In this document: positions 56,379-64,000 of the stretch, one piece after another
Position numbering within the stretch: the stretch's first letter is position 1
How the letters are laid out: every line of letters starts with the position of its first letter
Assembly (NCBI GenBank): GCA_044222185.1
Contig: JBGANV010000001.1
Coordinates: 1,152,001-1,216,000, forward strand
From: Planctomycetota bacterium
GTDB lineage: Bacteria; Planctomycetota; GCA-002687715; CAIWVZ01
Direction of reading: 5' to 3'
DNA length: 64,000 bases
Position numbers and translations under genes: made by a program
The notes under the pieces: generated by a model
What the model saw: only the letters and a program-made list of their open reading frames with translations
Told to the model about the DNA's origin: nothing
Database searches by the model: none

Positions 56379-57580
56379 GGCTCCCGCCCCACCATCCGCC
56401 AGGTGACGGGCGGCTGGTAAACACCCTTCTCGATCCCCGGAAAGGCCACCTTGAAGCGTGCCCACGACAGCCGCTGATCGATGATGTGCTCGCAGGTGTC
56501 GTCGAGCATGAACCCGGAGACGAAGTACTCCCCGGCAAGCATTCCCACGGGCACCGTGGCGACGACCGATCCTCCCTTGCCCGACAGCAACGGCAACGCG
56601 TCGAACGTCCGCGCGCCGAAGAGCATCACGTCGTCGTTCCGGTAGACGATGAAGCCGACGTGCCAACCACCCGTCTGTTTGGGGTCGTGCCAGTCGATCG
56701 TGATTTCCATGACGTCGCCGTGATCGAACTGCGTCCGGGGCGTTGGGTCACCTTTTCTGGTGAGCCGCACGTCTCCCAGGTGCGGAAGGTCCTTCAGTGA
56801 ACCATGACCCGTGACCTTCTCCGCCAGCGCGGCCTGCCCGCCCGACAACGCGTACTGGAAGTTCACGTACTCGTCGGACACTTCCGTGGGGTTTCCGTAC
56901 ATGACGGGCGCGCCCTCGTGGATCCAGATGGCGCGATCGCACATCTGACGCACGTGGTACAGCGAGTGGGAGACGAAGAGGATCGTCGTCCCGCGCTCAC
57001 GGATCTCGCGAATCCGATCCATGCACTTCTTCTGGAAGTACTGGTCCCCGACGGCGAGGATCTCGTCCAGGATGAGGATGTCCGGCTTGGACATCATCGC
57101 GACCGTGAAGCCCAGACGCATGGCCATGCCGGACGAGTAGGTCCGCACTGGCCGCATGAGGTAGTCGCCCAGCTCGGCGAACTCCGAGAGTTCGTCGTAC
57201 CGCTTCTTCACCTCGGATTTGGGAACGCCGAGCATGGCGGCGTTCATGTAGATGTTGTCCTTGCCGTTGAAGTCCGGATGGAAGCCCGCGCCCAGTTCGA
57301 GGAGCGACCCGAGGCGGCCGTTGATCGAGAAGGTGCCGGTCGTCGGCGGCGTCGTCCCGGTCAGGATCTTCAAGAGCGTGCTCTTCCCCGCACCGTTGCC
57401 GCCGATGACGCCAAGCGCCGAGCCGCGCGGCAGGTCGAAGCTGATCCCGCGAAGCGCCCATTTCTCCTGGTGCCGGCGAACGCGCCCGCCCGTGATCCAC
57501 TCGACGACGCGGGAGCCGCTGTCCGGGTAGAGCCGGTAGCACTTGCCGAGGTTGTGGACGGAGACGGCGAACTCGGTCAT
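56375..57580 (-). CDS. wzt: polysaccharide ABC exporter ATP-binding subunit with Wzt C-terminal (carbohydrate-binding) domain
   Basis: WALRGISF, GGNGAGKSTLL, LLELGAGF, TYSSGMAMRLGF, DEILAVGD, FVSH, plus a C-terminal Ig-like domain of about 140 aa. Confidence 0.93.
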   Translation of the reverse strand: MTEFAVSVHNLGKCYRLYPDSGSRVVEWITGGRVRRHQEKWALRGISFDLPRGSALGVIGGNGAGKSTLLKILTGTTPPTTGTFSINGRLGSLLELGAGFHPDFNGKDNIYMNAAMLGVPKSEVKKRYDELSEFAELGDYLMRPVRTYSSGMAMRLGFTVAMMSKPDILILDEILAVGDQYFQKKCMDRIREIRERGTTILFVSHSLYHVRQMCDRAIWIHEGAPVMYGNPTEVSDEYVNFQYALSGGQAALAEKVTGHGSLKDLPHLGDVRLTRKGDPTPRTQFDHGDVMEITIDWHDPKQTGGWHVGFIVYRNDDVMLFGARTFDALPLLSGKGGSVVATVPVGMLAGEYFVSGFMLDDTCEHIIDQRLSWARFKVAFPGIEKGVYQPPVTWRMVGREP

Positions 57581-57587
57581 CGCGGGC

Positions 57588-58466
57588 TCACAGCTCGTCC
57601 GCGAAGCGGGACTTGACGCGGGAGAAGAGACGGAATCCGAGGAACGACACGACCAGTGCGAGCGCGCCGAAGATCAGGAACGAATTCCACGGGAAGTCGG
57701 CCAGGCTCGTCGGCTGGAAGATGAAGATTGCGCGGTACATCCGAAGCAGGTGGAACGTTGGATTGACGTCCATGATCGCCTGGTACTTGGCCGCGTCCGG
57801 CGGCAGCCCGAAGTAGAAGATCGGCGTGAAGAAGAACCACACCGTCATGGCGATCGGCACGATCTGCATGAGATCGCGAACGAAGACGGTCACTGAACTG
57901 ATCAGGTACGACACGCCAAGCATGAAGAGCGCCTGGAGCGCGAGGACCGCTGGGAACACGAGGAGAAGCGACGGCGAGGGCAGCAGTCCGACCGCGAGGA
58001 ACGAGGCCCCGAGGAACACCGCGTATCCGATCACGATGTTGATCAGGTTGTAGCCAACCAGATACACGGGAAGCAGTTCGGACGGGAACGCGACCTTCTT
58101 GATCATGTTCCCGTTCTCCAGGATCGTGCTCGTCGACCTGACGATCGACTCCTGGAGGGACGTCCACGGGATCAGCCCGGCGAACATTGCGAGGGCCGAC
58201 ATGGGGCCGAGGCGGGCGGGATCGTCGATGAGCGCTCGAACGGCCGGTCGCAGGGCCGCGCGGGTGTCGGCGGGGATGTCCGCCATGAGCTTGAACTTCA
58301 AGATCTCGACGAACACGGTGTAGTAGACGGCCAGGAAAACGACCGGCTGGAGCACCATCCACAAGCCGCCGAGGATCGACCCCCGATAGCGCGCCCGCAG
58401 CTCCCGCCCGATGAAGGCCGACACCAGTTCGCGGAAACGGAGGCAGGTGCGGACGAGGGTGATCAC
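57588..58466 (-). CDS. wzm: polysaccharide ABC exporter permease
   Basis: RELRARYRGSILGGLW...QP, IKKVAFPSELLP, VRDLMQ, FFTPIFY, NP, FADEL C-terminus. Confidence 0.94.
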   Translation of the reverse strand: MITLVRTCLRFRELVSAFIGRELRARYRGSILGGLWMVLQPVVFLAVYYTVFVEILKFKLMADIPADTRAALRPAVRALIDDPARLGPMSALAMFAGLIPWTSLQESIVRSTSTILENGNMIKKVAFPSELLPVYLVGYNLINIVIGYAVFLGASFLAVGLLPSPSLLLVFPAVLALQALFMLGVSYLISSVTVFVRDLMQIVPIAMTVWFFFTPIFYFGLPPDAAKYQAIMDVNPTFHLLRMYRAIFIFQPTSLADFPWNSFLIFGALALVVSFLGFRLFSRVKSRFADEL

Positions 58467-58521
58467 GTGGAGGAGGGCGTCGGCCTATGTTCGGGCTTCG
58501 AGTGGAGTGGAAACGCCGCGA

Positions 58522-58550
58522 AGACTACGCCGCGCATTCCGGCCGATCAA
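58522..58550 (-). promoter_or_regulatory. putative sigma70-type promoter for the wzm-wzt operon
   Basis: Minus strand TTGATC-N17-TAGTCT, ending 55 nt upstream of the wzm GTG. Confidence 0.5.
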
Positions 58551-58630
58551 GCAACCGGACTGCGTCTCCACGTCACCTAAACTCTCGGCGCTCATCGGGA
58601 TATGCGGGTGCTCGCGGCGGCCCGCGCGGT

Positions 58631-58659
58631 TTGACCGGGCAATTTCACCGTGATAGCCT
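58631..58659 (+). promoter_or_regulatory. putative sigma70-type promoter (extended -10) for the divergent operon
   Basis: TTGACC-N17-TAGCCT with TG at the extended -10 position. Confidence 0.55.
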
Positions 58660-58756
58660 CCCGCGCAATTTCCCGCGCTCCGCAAGCGCACGCAGCAACG
58701 CCAGCGCGCCGCGATCCTCCCCGATCCAAGGACTCGAAAACAAACCTCCATACCTC

Positions 58757-58930
58757 ATGAAGTGTCCGGTCTGTGGCACCGAGGCCGTCGAAGGCGGAAC
58801 GTGTTTCTATTGTGAAGCACGGAAGTCCCGCAAGAAGCTCAAGGCGGTCGATCCGAAGGTCGAACCTCCGGAGAGCCCGCGCACCACGACGCCGGACGAC
58901 AAAGAGAGATCCACGAGCCAGAATTCATGA
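58757..58930 (+). CDS. small zinc-ribbon protein (57 aa)
   Basis: MKCPVCGTEAVEGGTCFYCEARK...; two CxxC pairs; stop overlaps the next ATG (ATGA); lies downstream of the predicted promoter. Confidence 0.6.
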   Translation: MKCPVCGTEAVEGGTCFYCEARKSRKKLKAVDPKVEPPESPRTTTPDDKERSTSQNS

Positions 58931-60354
58931 CATCCGCCGGAAAGCACGTTCTCGTTCTCGGCGGAGGTCTGGCCGGACTCTCGGCTGCTCACAAACTCGC
59001 CAAGAACGGATGGCGAGTCGACGTCGTCGAGGCGGACGACGAGGTGGGAGGACTCGCCAGCAGCTGGACGATCGACACCCAATGGGGCGAGTTCGACTAC
59101 GACACGGGCCCGCACCGGTTCCACACCGGTGAGAAGAACCTGAAGGACGAGGTGCTCGCGCTCCTCGGCGACAACAAGGTGGAGGCGAACCGCCTCTCGC
59201 GGATCTTTCTCTACGGCCGTTTCTTCAACTACCCGCTGAATGGGTCGAACGTCGTCGCGAGCCTTCCCAAGCTCGTCCTCGTGAAGTCGTTCCTCGACTA
59301 CCTGTGGGTGAAGATCCGGAACATCTTCAATCGGCCGCCCGACGACAACTTCGAGAACTGGGTGATCAACCGGTTCGGTCGCAAGCTGTACGAGATCTTC
59401 TTCGGTGTCTACACGGAGAAGACCTGGGGCATCCCATGCACTCAGATCAGCGCGGACTGGGCTGCGCAACGCATCTCGCTCCTCTCGCTCTGGGACACGG
59501 TGAAGAAGACGCTCTTCCGCCCGTCGGATGGCGACACTCCCCGCACGCTCGTGTCCAAGTTCTTCTACCCGCGACGCGGAGGAATCGGCGTCCTGTGCCG
59601 CCGCTACCGCGAAGAGCTGGAGAAGATGGGGAATACGGTCCGCACGAAGACGCGCGTGACGCAGGTCCGCGTCCAGAACGGCAAGGTCGTCGGGGTCGAC
59701 GTCGAGACGCCGACCGGCAAGCAATTCCTCGAGGCTACGACGGTCCTCTCGACGATCCCCGTCACGAACCTGGCGACGTCGATCACGCCGAAAGCGCCGG
59801 ACGACGTCCTGGCAGCGAGCGCCGCCATGCGCCACCGCAGCATGGTGTTCGTCTACCTCATTCTCGACCGCCCGAAGCTCACGGACGATCACTGGATCTA
59901 TCTCCCCGAGGACAAGATCACCGTCCACCGACTTTCCGAGTTCAAGAACTTCTCGCCCTACTCGGCACCGGCGGACAAGACGCTCATCTGCGCCGAGATC
60001 ACCTGCGACTTCGGCGACGAGATCTGGAGGGAGTCGGACGAGAACCTGCGCAAGATCTGCGTCGAGGACCTGGTGACGATCGGATTGATCAAGCGCGACG
60101 AAGTTCTCCACACGTTCTCGAAGCGAGCGCGCTACGCCTACCCCCTCTATGACCTGAGCTACCGCCCGAACAAGGACAAGGTCCTGGGCTTCATCGATTC
60201 GATCCAGGGCCTCGACACGACCGGTCGCCAGGGGTTGTTCAAGTACAACAACATGGACCACAGCATCGGCATGGGCCTCACGGCGGCCGACAACCTGATG
60301 GGCCGCGGTGAATCGCACCGGCGCATCGCCGACGAGCAGCAGTACTTCGGGTGA
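58927..60354 (+). CDS. FAD-dependent oxidoreductase, UDP-galactopyranose mutase/PRK07208-like
   Basis: GGGLAGLSAA, VGGLA, DTGPHRF, YTEKTWG, SADWAAQRI, FFYPRRGG, YAYPLY, GRQGLFKYNNMDHS. Confidence 0.85.
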   Translation: MTSAGKHVLVLGGGLAGLSAAHKLAKNGWRVDVVEADDEVGGLASSWTIDTQWGEFDYDTGPHRFHTGEKNLKDEVLALLGDNKVEANRLSRIFLYGRFFNYPLNGSNVVASLPKLVLVKSFLDYLWVKIRNIFNRPPDDNFENWVINRFGRKLYEIFFGVYTEKTWGIPCTQISADWAAQRISLLSLWDTVKKTLFRPSDGDTPRTLVSKFFYPRRGGIGVLCRRYREELEKMGNTVRTKTRVTQVRVQNGKVVGVDVETPTGKQFLEATTVLSTIPVTNLATSITPKAPDDVLAASAAMRHRSMVFVYLILDRPKLTDDHWIYLPEDKITVHRLSEFKNFSPYSAPADKTLICAEITCDFGDEIWRESDENLRKICVEDLVTIGLIKRDEVLHTFSKRARYAYPLYDLSYRPNKDKVLGFIDSIQGLDTTGRQGLFKYNNMDHSIGMGLTAADNLMGRGESHRRIADEQQYFG

Positions 60355-60415
60355 TGCTCATGGACCGCACGACGTCCCGAGCCTGGTTCCCGCGCATGAC
60401 CGGGACTTGCCGGTC

Positions 60416-61333
60416 ATGACCTCCACCCAGGAGCTCGTGAAGCGCCGCGACCTGCCCGTGGAAACGGTGGCCTGCTACCTCTGCGGCGCCACGTCCGGGA
60501 CGACGCTCGTCGACGATCCGCCATTCAGGGTGATTCTCTGCGATCGGTGCGAGCTCGGATACACGAGCCCGCGCATCCGGGCCGATCGGATCCAGGACAT
60601 CTACAACCTGGGCTACTTCAGCTCGGAGAGCGCCACCGACTTCGGCTACGCCAGCTACGCCGACGATCGTGAAGGCTTCGAGCGCACGTTCGACCTGAAG
60701 GCCCGGATCGTGCAACGGCACCTGCCCGAGGGCCGCGTCCTGGAGGTGGGCTGCGCCGCCGGGTTCTTCCTCGACGCGCTGCGCAAACGCGGCTTCGAGG
60801 TCCACGGGCTCGAGGTCTCCGAGTCGATCCTCACGCACGCACGCGACGTCCTGAAACTGCCGAACCTGTTCCTCGGAACTCTCGCGAACTACCCGGGGCC
60901 GCCAGGTTCGTTCGACGGCGTGCTGATGTGGGACGTCATCGAGCACATGACCGATCCGATCCTCGAGCTGCGACGCGTCCGCGCGTTGCTCAAACCGAGG
61001 GGGCTCGTGTTCCTGCAGACACAGGACCTGTCGAGCCTGACGCGCAAGGTCCTCGGCTCGCGTTGGACGCACTTCAAGCAGCTCGAACACATCTACCACT
61101 TCTCCCCGAAGACGATCCGCGTCCTCCTCGACCGGGCCGGCTTCGAGGTGCTGGAGATCCGGAAGCGCGGTGCCGGGAAGCACCTGTCCTTCCGTTTCAT
61201 CGTCGAGCGAACGAAACGCTTCGGGTTCGTGCCGCACCTGCTCGCATCGCCGCTCAGGCTCTTTCCGCACGGGTACCTCTACGTGAATCCGTGGGACGAG
61301 CTGATCGTCACCGCGCGCTCGAAAGACACCTGA
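60416..61333 (+). CDS. class I SAM-dependent methyltransferase with N-terminal zinc ribbon
   Basis: CYLCG...CDRCEL, VLEVGCAAGFFL, WDVIEH, HIYHFS...LLDRAGF. Confidence 0.9.
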   Translation: MTSTQELVKRRDLPVETVACYLCGATSGTTLVDDPPFRVILCDRCELGYTSPRIRADRIQDIYNLGYFSSESATDFGYASYADDREGFERTFDLKARIVQRHLPEGRVLEVGCAAGFFLDALRKRGFEVHGLEVSESILTHARDVLKLPNLFLGTLANYPGPPGSFDGVLMWDVIEHMTDPILELRRVRALLKPRGLVFLQTQDLSSLTRKVLGSRWTHFKQLEHIYHFSPKTIRVLLDRAGFEVLEIRKRGAGKHLSFRFIVERTKRFGFVPHLLASPLRLFPHGYLYVNPWDELIVTARSKDT

Positions 61334-62112
61334 TGGACCCCAACGCCTACCGGGAGTTTCGTGACTTCGAGACCACACATTGGTGGTTCATCGGCCGTCA
61401 CTCCATCTTCCGGCACCTGTTCGAGCAGAAGGTCCTGCCTGGACTCGGCTCGAAGCCCGGCGAACTCCGCTCGTTCGACCTGGGTTGCGGAATGGGCGCG
61501 ACGCTCGGGATGCTCAGGGCGTTCGGCTCCGCGTCAGGCTCGGACATCGAGCCCGAAGCCGTGCGGCACTGCCGGAGCCGCGGCTTCGCTCGAACCCTCG
61601 TCGGCGGCGGTGAGAAGCTCCCGTTTCGGGATGCGTGTTTCGACGCGATCACGGCATTCGACACCATCGAACACATCCCCGACGATCTCGCCGCCGTGCG
61701 GGAGTGTCTGCGCGTCCTGCGTCCCGGCGGCCGGATGTTCGTCTCCGGTCCCGCGTACCAGTTCCTCTACGCACACCAGGACCGCGTCGTCCACCATCAG
61801 CGCCGGTACACGACGACGCGGATGCGCCGGCTCTTCGAATCGGCGGGCTTCCAGGTGGAGAAGGCGTCGTACATCAACTTCTTCCTGTTCCCGCTGATCC
61901 TCCCCGCCGTGCTCCTGATCAAACTGAAGGAGCGCCTGCGGCCGCCGCCTCCGACGCAGAACACCTCGAACGTGTCGGTCCCCATCGCCGGTTGGATCAA
62001 CAAGACGCTCGCGGCGATCTTCAGCTTCGAGCGTCACGTCCTCGCGCGGATTTCGGTACCCTTCGGGCATTCGCTGATCCTCATCGCCCGAAAACCGATC
62101 CCGCCGAAATGA
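61333..62112 (+). CDS. class I SAM-dependent methyltransferase
   Basis: ETTHWWF, DLGCGMG, LPFRDACFD, DTIEH, HHQRRY, PFGHS; ATG overlaps the upstream TGA. Confidence 0.9.
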   Translation: MDPNAYREFRDFETTHWWFIGRHSIFRHLFEQKVLPGLGSKPGELRSFDLGCGMGATLGMLRAFGSASGSDIEPEAVRHCRSRGFARTLVGGGEKLPFRDACFDAITAFDTIEHIPDDLAAVRECLRVLRPGGRMFVSGPAYQFLYAHQDRVVHHQRRYTTTRMRRLFESAGFQVEKASYINFFLFPLILPAVLLIKLKERLRPPPPTQNTSNVSVPIAGWINKTLAAIFSFERHVLARISVPFGHSLILIARKPIPPK

Positions 62113-64000
62113 CGCTCAAGAACCTCGCCTTCCCCGTCATCGCCGCTGCGTGCATCGCCAGCTGGGCCGGCTGGGTGTCATCGTCCGATCGGGTGTTCCT
62201 CCCAAGGCATCCGGCGGCCCGAGACCTTCCTTGGTCCGGGGTTGCGCGGCTTCACGAGGTGGGACTGAAGGAGCCGTTCAACCGTGCGATGACGGACCCG
62301 ATCAACCTCCTCTACCCGGATGTGGTGTTCGACCACTCGGAGAAGCAGGGCGGACGGCTCCCGTTTTGGAATCCCAACGTGCTGTGCGGGGTCCCGCAGC
62401 TCGCCAACCCCCTCAGCGCCGCGCTGTACCCGCCGTCGTTCGCATGGCTGGGACTGCATCCGCTCGACTCCATGCTGGCGTCCGCGGCGTTGCACGTCTA
62501 TCTGGCGGCTCTCGGCGCGTTCGTGTTCTTCCGGGCGGCGGGATTCCGAGCAAGTGCGGCATCGATCGGCGGAGCCGCCTTCGCGTTGTCGGGGTGGATG
62601 ACGGCGCACCTGCACAATACGCAGCTCGTCGCCGTGGCCGCGTGGGTCCCGTGGGGCCTGGCTGGCGTGGAATGGGCCATCGGAAACCGCCGTCGACTCG
62701 GCGCCCTCGCCGTCGCTGCGTCGATCACGCTTCAATGGCTCGCCGGCTTTCCGCAATTCGCCGTGTACGGGACGCTCGCCATCGCGATCCACGCAGCCGT
62801 AGCGCTCGCCGTCAGCCTCGTGCGAGACGGTCGCCGTGCGGCGGTCGGTCGCGCGGCACTGCTCGCGTCGGCGGGGTTGATCGGCCTCGCCTGGGCGGCG
62901 CCGCAGATCCTGCCGAGCCACGAGTTGTTCACGCGGTCGGGCCGCGCCCAGGATGCCGTCGAGGGCCCGTTCCAAAGCCGCCTGCGCCCGGGCGCCCTCA
63001 CCGGTCTCGCACTGCCGTTCTGGTTCGGCGATCCCTTCGAGGCCTCGATCACCCAGACGCCGGAGGGCGGCGACCCGGACCACTCGGCTCGCTGGCAGGT
63101 GGCTCGATTGGTTCTCGGGGACGACACGCAAAACGGTGTGGTGATCGACGGGATCAACGGCTTCGGCGAGCGTGCCATGTACCCGGGAACCGTCATCCTC
63201 GTCCTGGCCGTGTTGGGCATTTGCGGCCGACCCACGCGGATCTCCATCTCGGCCATCGCAACGGTCGGCGCAGGCCTCGTGCTCGCGCTCGCCCTCCCAA
63301 TCCCGCGCCCGCTCCTCGCCCTCCTCGGCCTCGAGCGCGCGACGGCCGCGCGTGCGATCCTGCTTCTCGCCACGTCCATCCCGATTCTCGCGACGATCGC
63401 GCTCGACCGGATCGCGGCGGCGACGGTCGGTGCGGCGTCGTCGGGACGCGGCACCCTCTGGGTCTTCCGTGTCGTCGCCGCCGTGGGAATCGCCGCCTGC
63501 ATCGCCGCGTGGACCATGCCCGAGCCGGTGATGGTGGCCATCATCGACTGGCTGAAACGCATCGGTGCGGACGCCAGGCTGGGCGTGAAGGCGACGACGC
63601 CCGAGTACGTGGCGGCATTTCGCCCCGCGTTCGATCGACTCCGCGAGGACCTGACTCGCGGTTGCGGCTTCGCCGTGGCGGCCGCGTTCGCGATCGACGT
63701 GCTCCTGAGACCCGCGCGCGTGCGCGCCGTCGGCTGGATCATCCTCACCGCGTCCGTCTGCGTGGACCTCGGTTGGTTCTTCGCTCGGTCGGTCCGACCG
63801 ATCCATCGCCAGGGCGCCTACGAGGTCACCCCCGCGATTTCCGCGATCCCGCGCACCACTCCGCATGACGCGCGATCCATGCGGTTCGCCCGGATCAGCG
63901 AGGATGCAGCCCTCGTCCTCGCCGAGAAGGACGCGCTCGTCCCTCCCAACGTAGGTCTCGTGTTCGGGCTCCCGGACGCCCAGGGTTACCGCGAACTCAT
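62109..64000 (+). CDS. YfhO-like GT-C membrane glycosyltransferase (partial, runs off the window; absent from the ORF track)
   Basis: ATG 62109 overlaps the previous stop. MTLKNLAFPVIAA...LYP...GRLPFWNPNVLCGVPQLANPLSAALYP...LHVYLAALG...FALSGW...AWVPW...LAGFPQ matches the YfhO-type signature; the frame appears open to the window end. Confidence 0.82.
   Translation, partial: MTLKNLAFPVIAAACIASWAGWVSSSDRVFLPRHPAARDLPWSGVARLHEVGLKEPFNRAMTDPINLLYPDVVFDHSEKQGGRLPFWNPNVLCGVPQLANPLSAALYPPSFAWLGLHPLDSMLASAALHVYLAALGAFVFFRAAGFRASAASIGGAAFALSGWMTAHLHNTQLVAVAAWVPWGLAGVEWAIGNRRRLGALAVAASITLQWLAGFPQFAVYGTLAIAIHAAVALAVSLVRDGRRAAVGRAALLASAGLIGLAWAAPQILPSHELFTRSGRAQDAVEGPFQSRLRPGALTGLALPFWFGDPFEASITQTPEGGDPDHSARWQVARLVLGDDTQNGVVIDGINGFGERAMYPGTVILVLAVLGICGRPTRISISAIATVGAGLVLALALPIPRPLLALLGLERATAARAILLLATSIPILATIALDRIAAATVGAASSGRGTLWVFRVVAAVGIAACIAAWTMPEPVMVAIIDWLKRIGADARLGVKATTPEYVAAFRPAFDRLREDLTRGCGFAVAAAFAIDVLLRPARVRAVGWIILTASVCVDLGWFFARSVRPIHRQGAYEVTPAISAIPRTTPHDARSMRFARISEDAALVLAEKDALVPPNVGLVFGLPDAQGYREL

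Noticed and set aside
1-64000. Long alternative-frame ORFs (e.g. 2423-4348 -, 15761-17587 +, 41677-43689 -, 43879-45441 -, 58807-60318 -, 62150-63868 +, 62178-63866 -)
   Set aside because: They are Arg/Pro/Gly-rich shadows of well-supported genes, expected at high GC, and carry no family motifs.
1-64000. CRISPR arrays, IS elements, prophage or defence systems
   Set aside because: I found no regularly spaced DNA repeats and no transposase, integrase, phage or nuclease signatures.

Overview
High-GC bacterial window, most consistent with Planctomycetota (inferred from a membrane-anchored ECF sigma factor with a long C-terminal extension and from HEAT, DUF1573 and DUF1080 proteins). I see no mobile element, CRISPR array or rRNA. 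The left part (1-21.4 kb) holds purN, an M61 peptidase, tRNA-Leu(TAG), a HEAT protein, two ECF systems, gpmI and a YugP-like peptidase. It also holds a selenocysteine MsrA that the ORF track truncates (in-frame TGA in G-U-F-W followed by a SECIS-like hairpin) and an operon of DUF1080, phosphodiesterase, phytol/dolichol-kinase-like, DUF92 (VTE6-like) and UbiA that looks like a prenol-salvage and prenylation pathway. The right part (21.5-64 kb) is a large surface-glycan locus: Wzm/Wzt with a C-terminal domain, 5 GT4 and 8 GT2 domains, GT-C-like membrane proteins, 2 PIG-L deacetylases, a GNAT, 3 SAM methyltransferase domains, a radical SAM/SPASM enzyme, a B12 radical SAM enzyme and a mutase-like flavoprotein. 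Its unusual features are a 1323-aa GT4-coiled coil-GT4 protein with 21-aa repeats and apparent enzyme/pseudo-enzyme paralog pairs (B12 radical SAM without CxxxCxxC, GT2 without DxD, PIG-L with HPDH changed to NPDH). All family calls come from motif recognition by eye; no database search was run.
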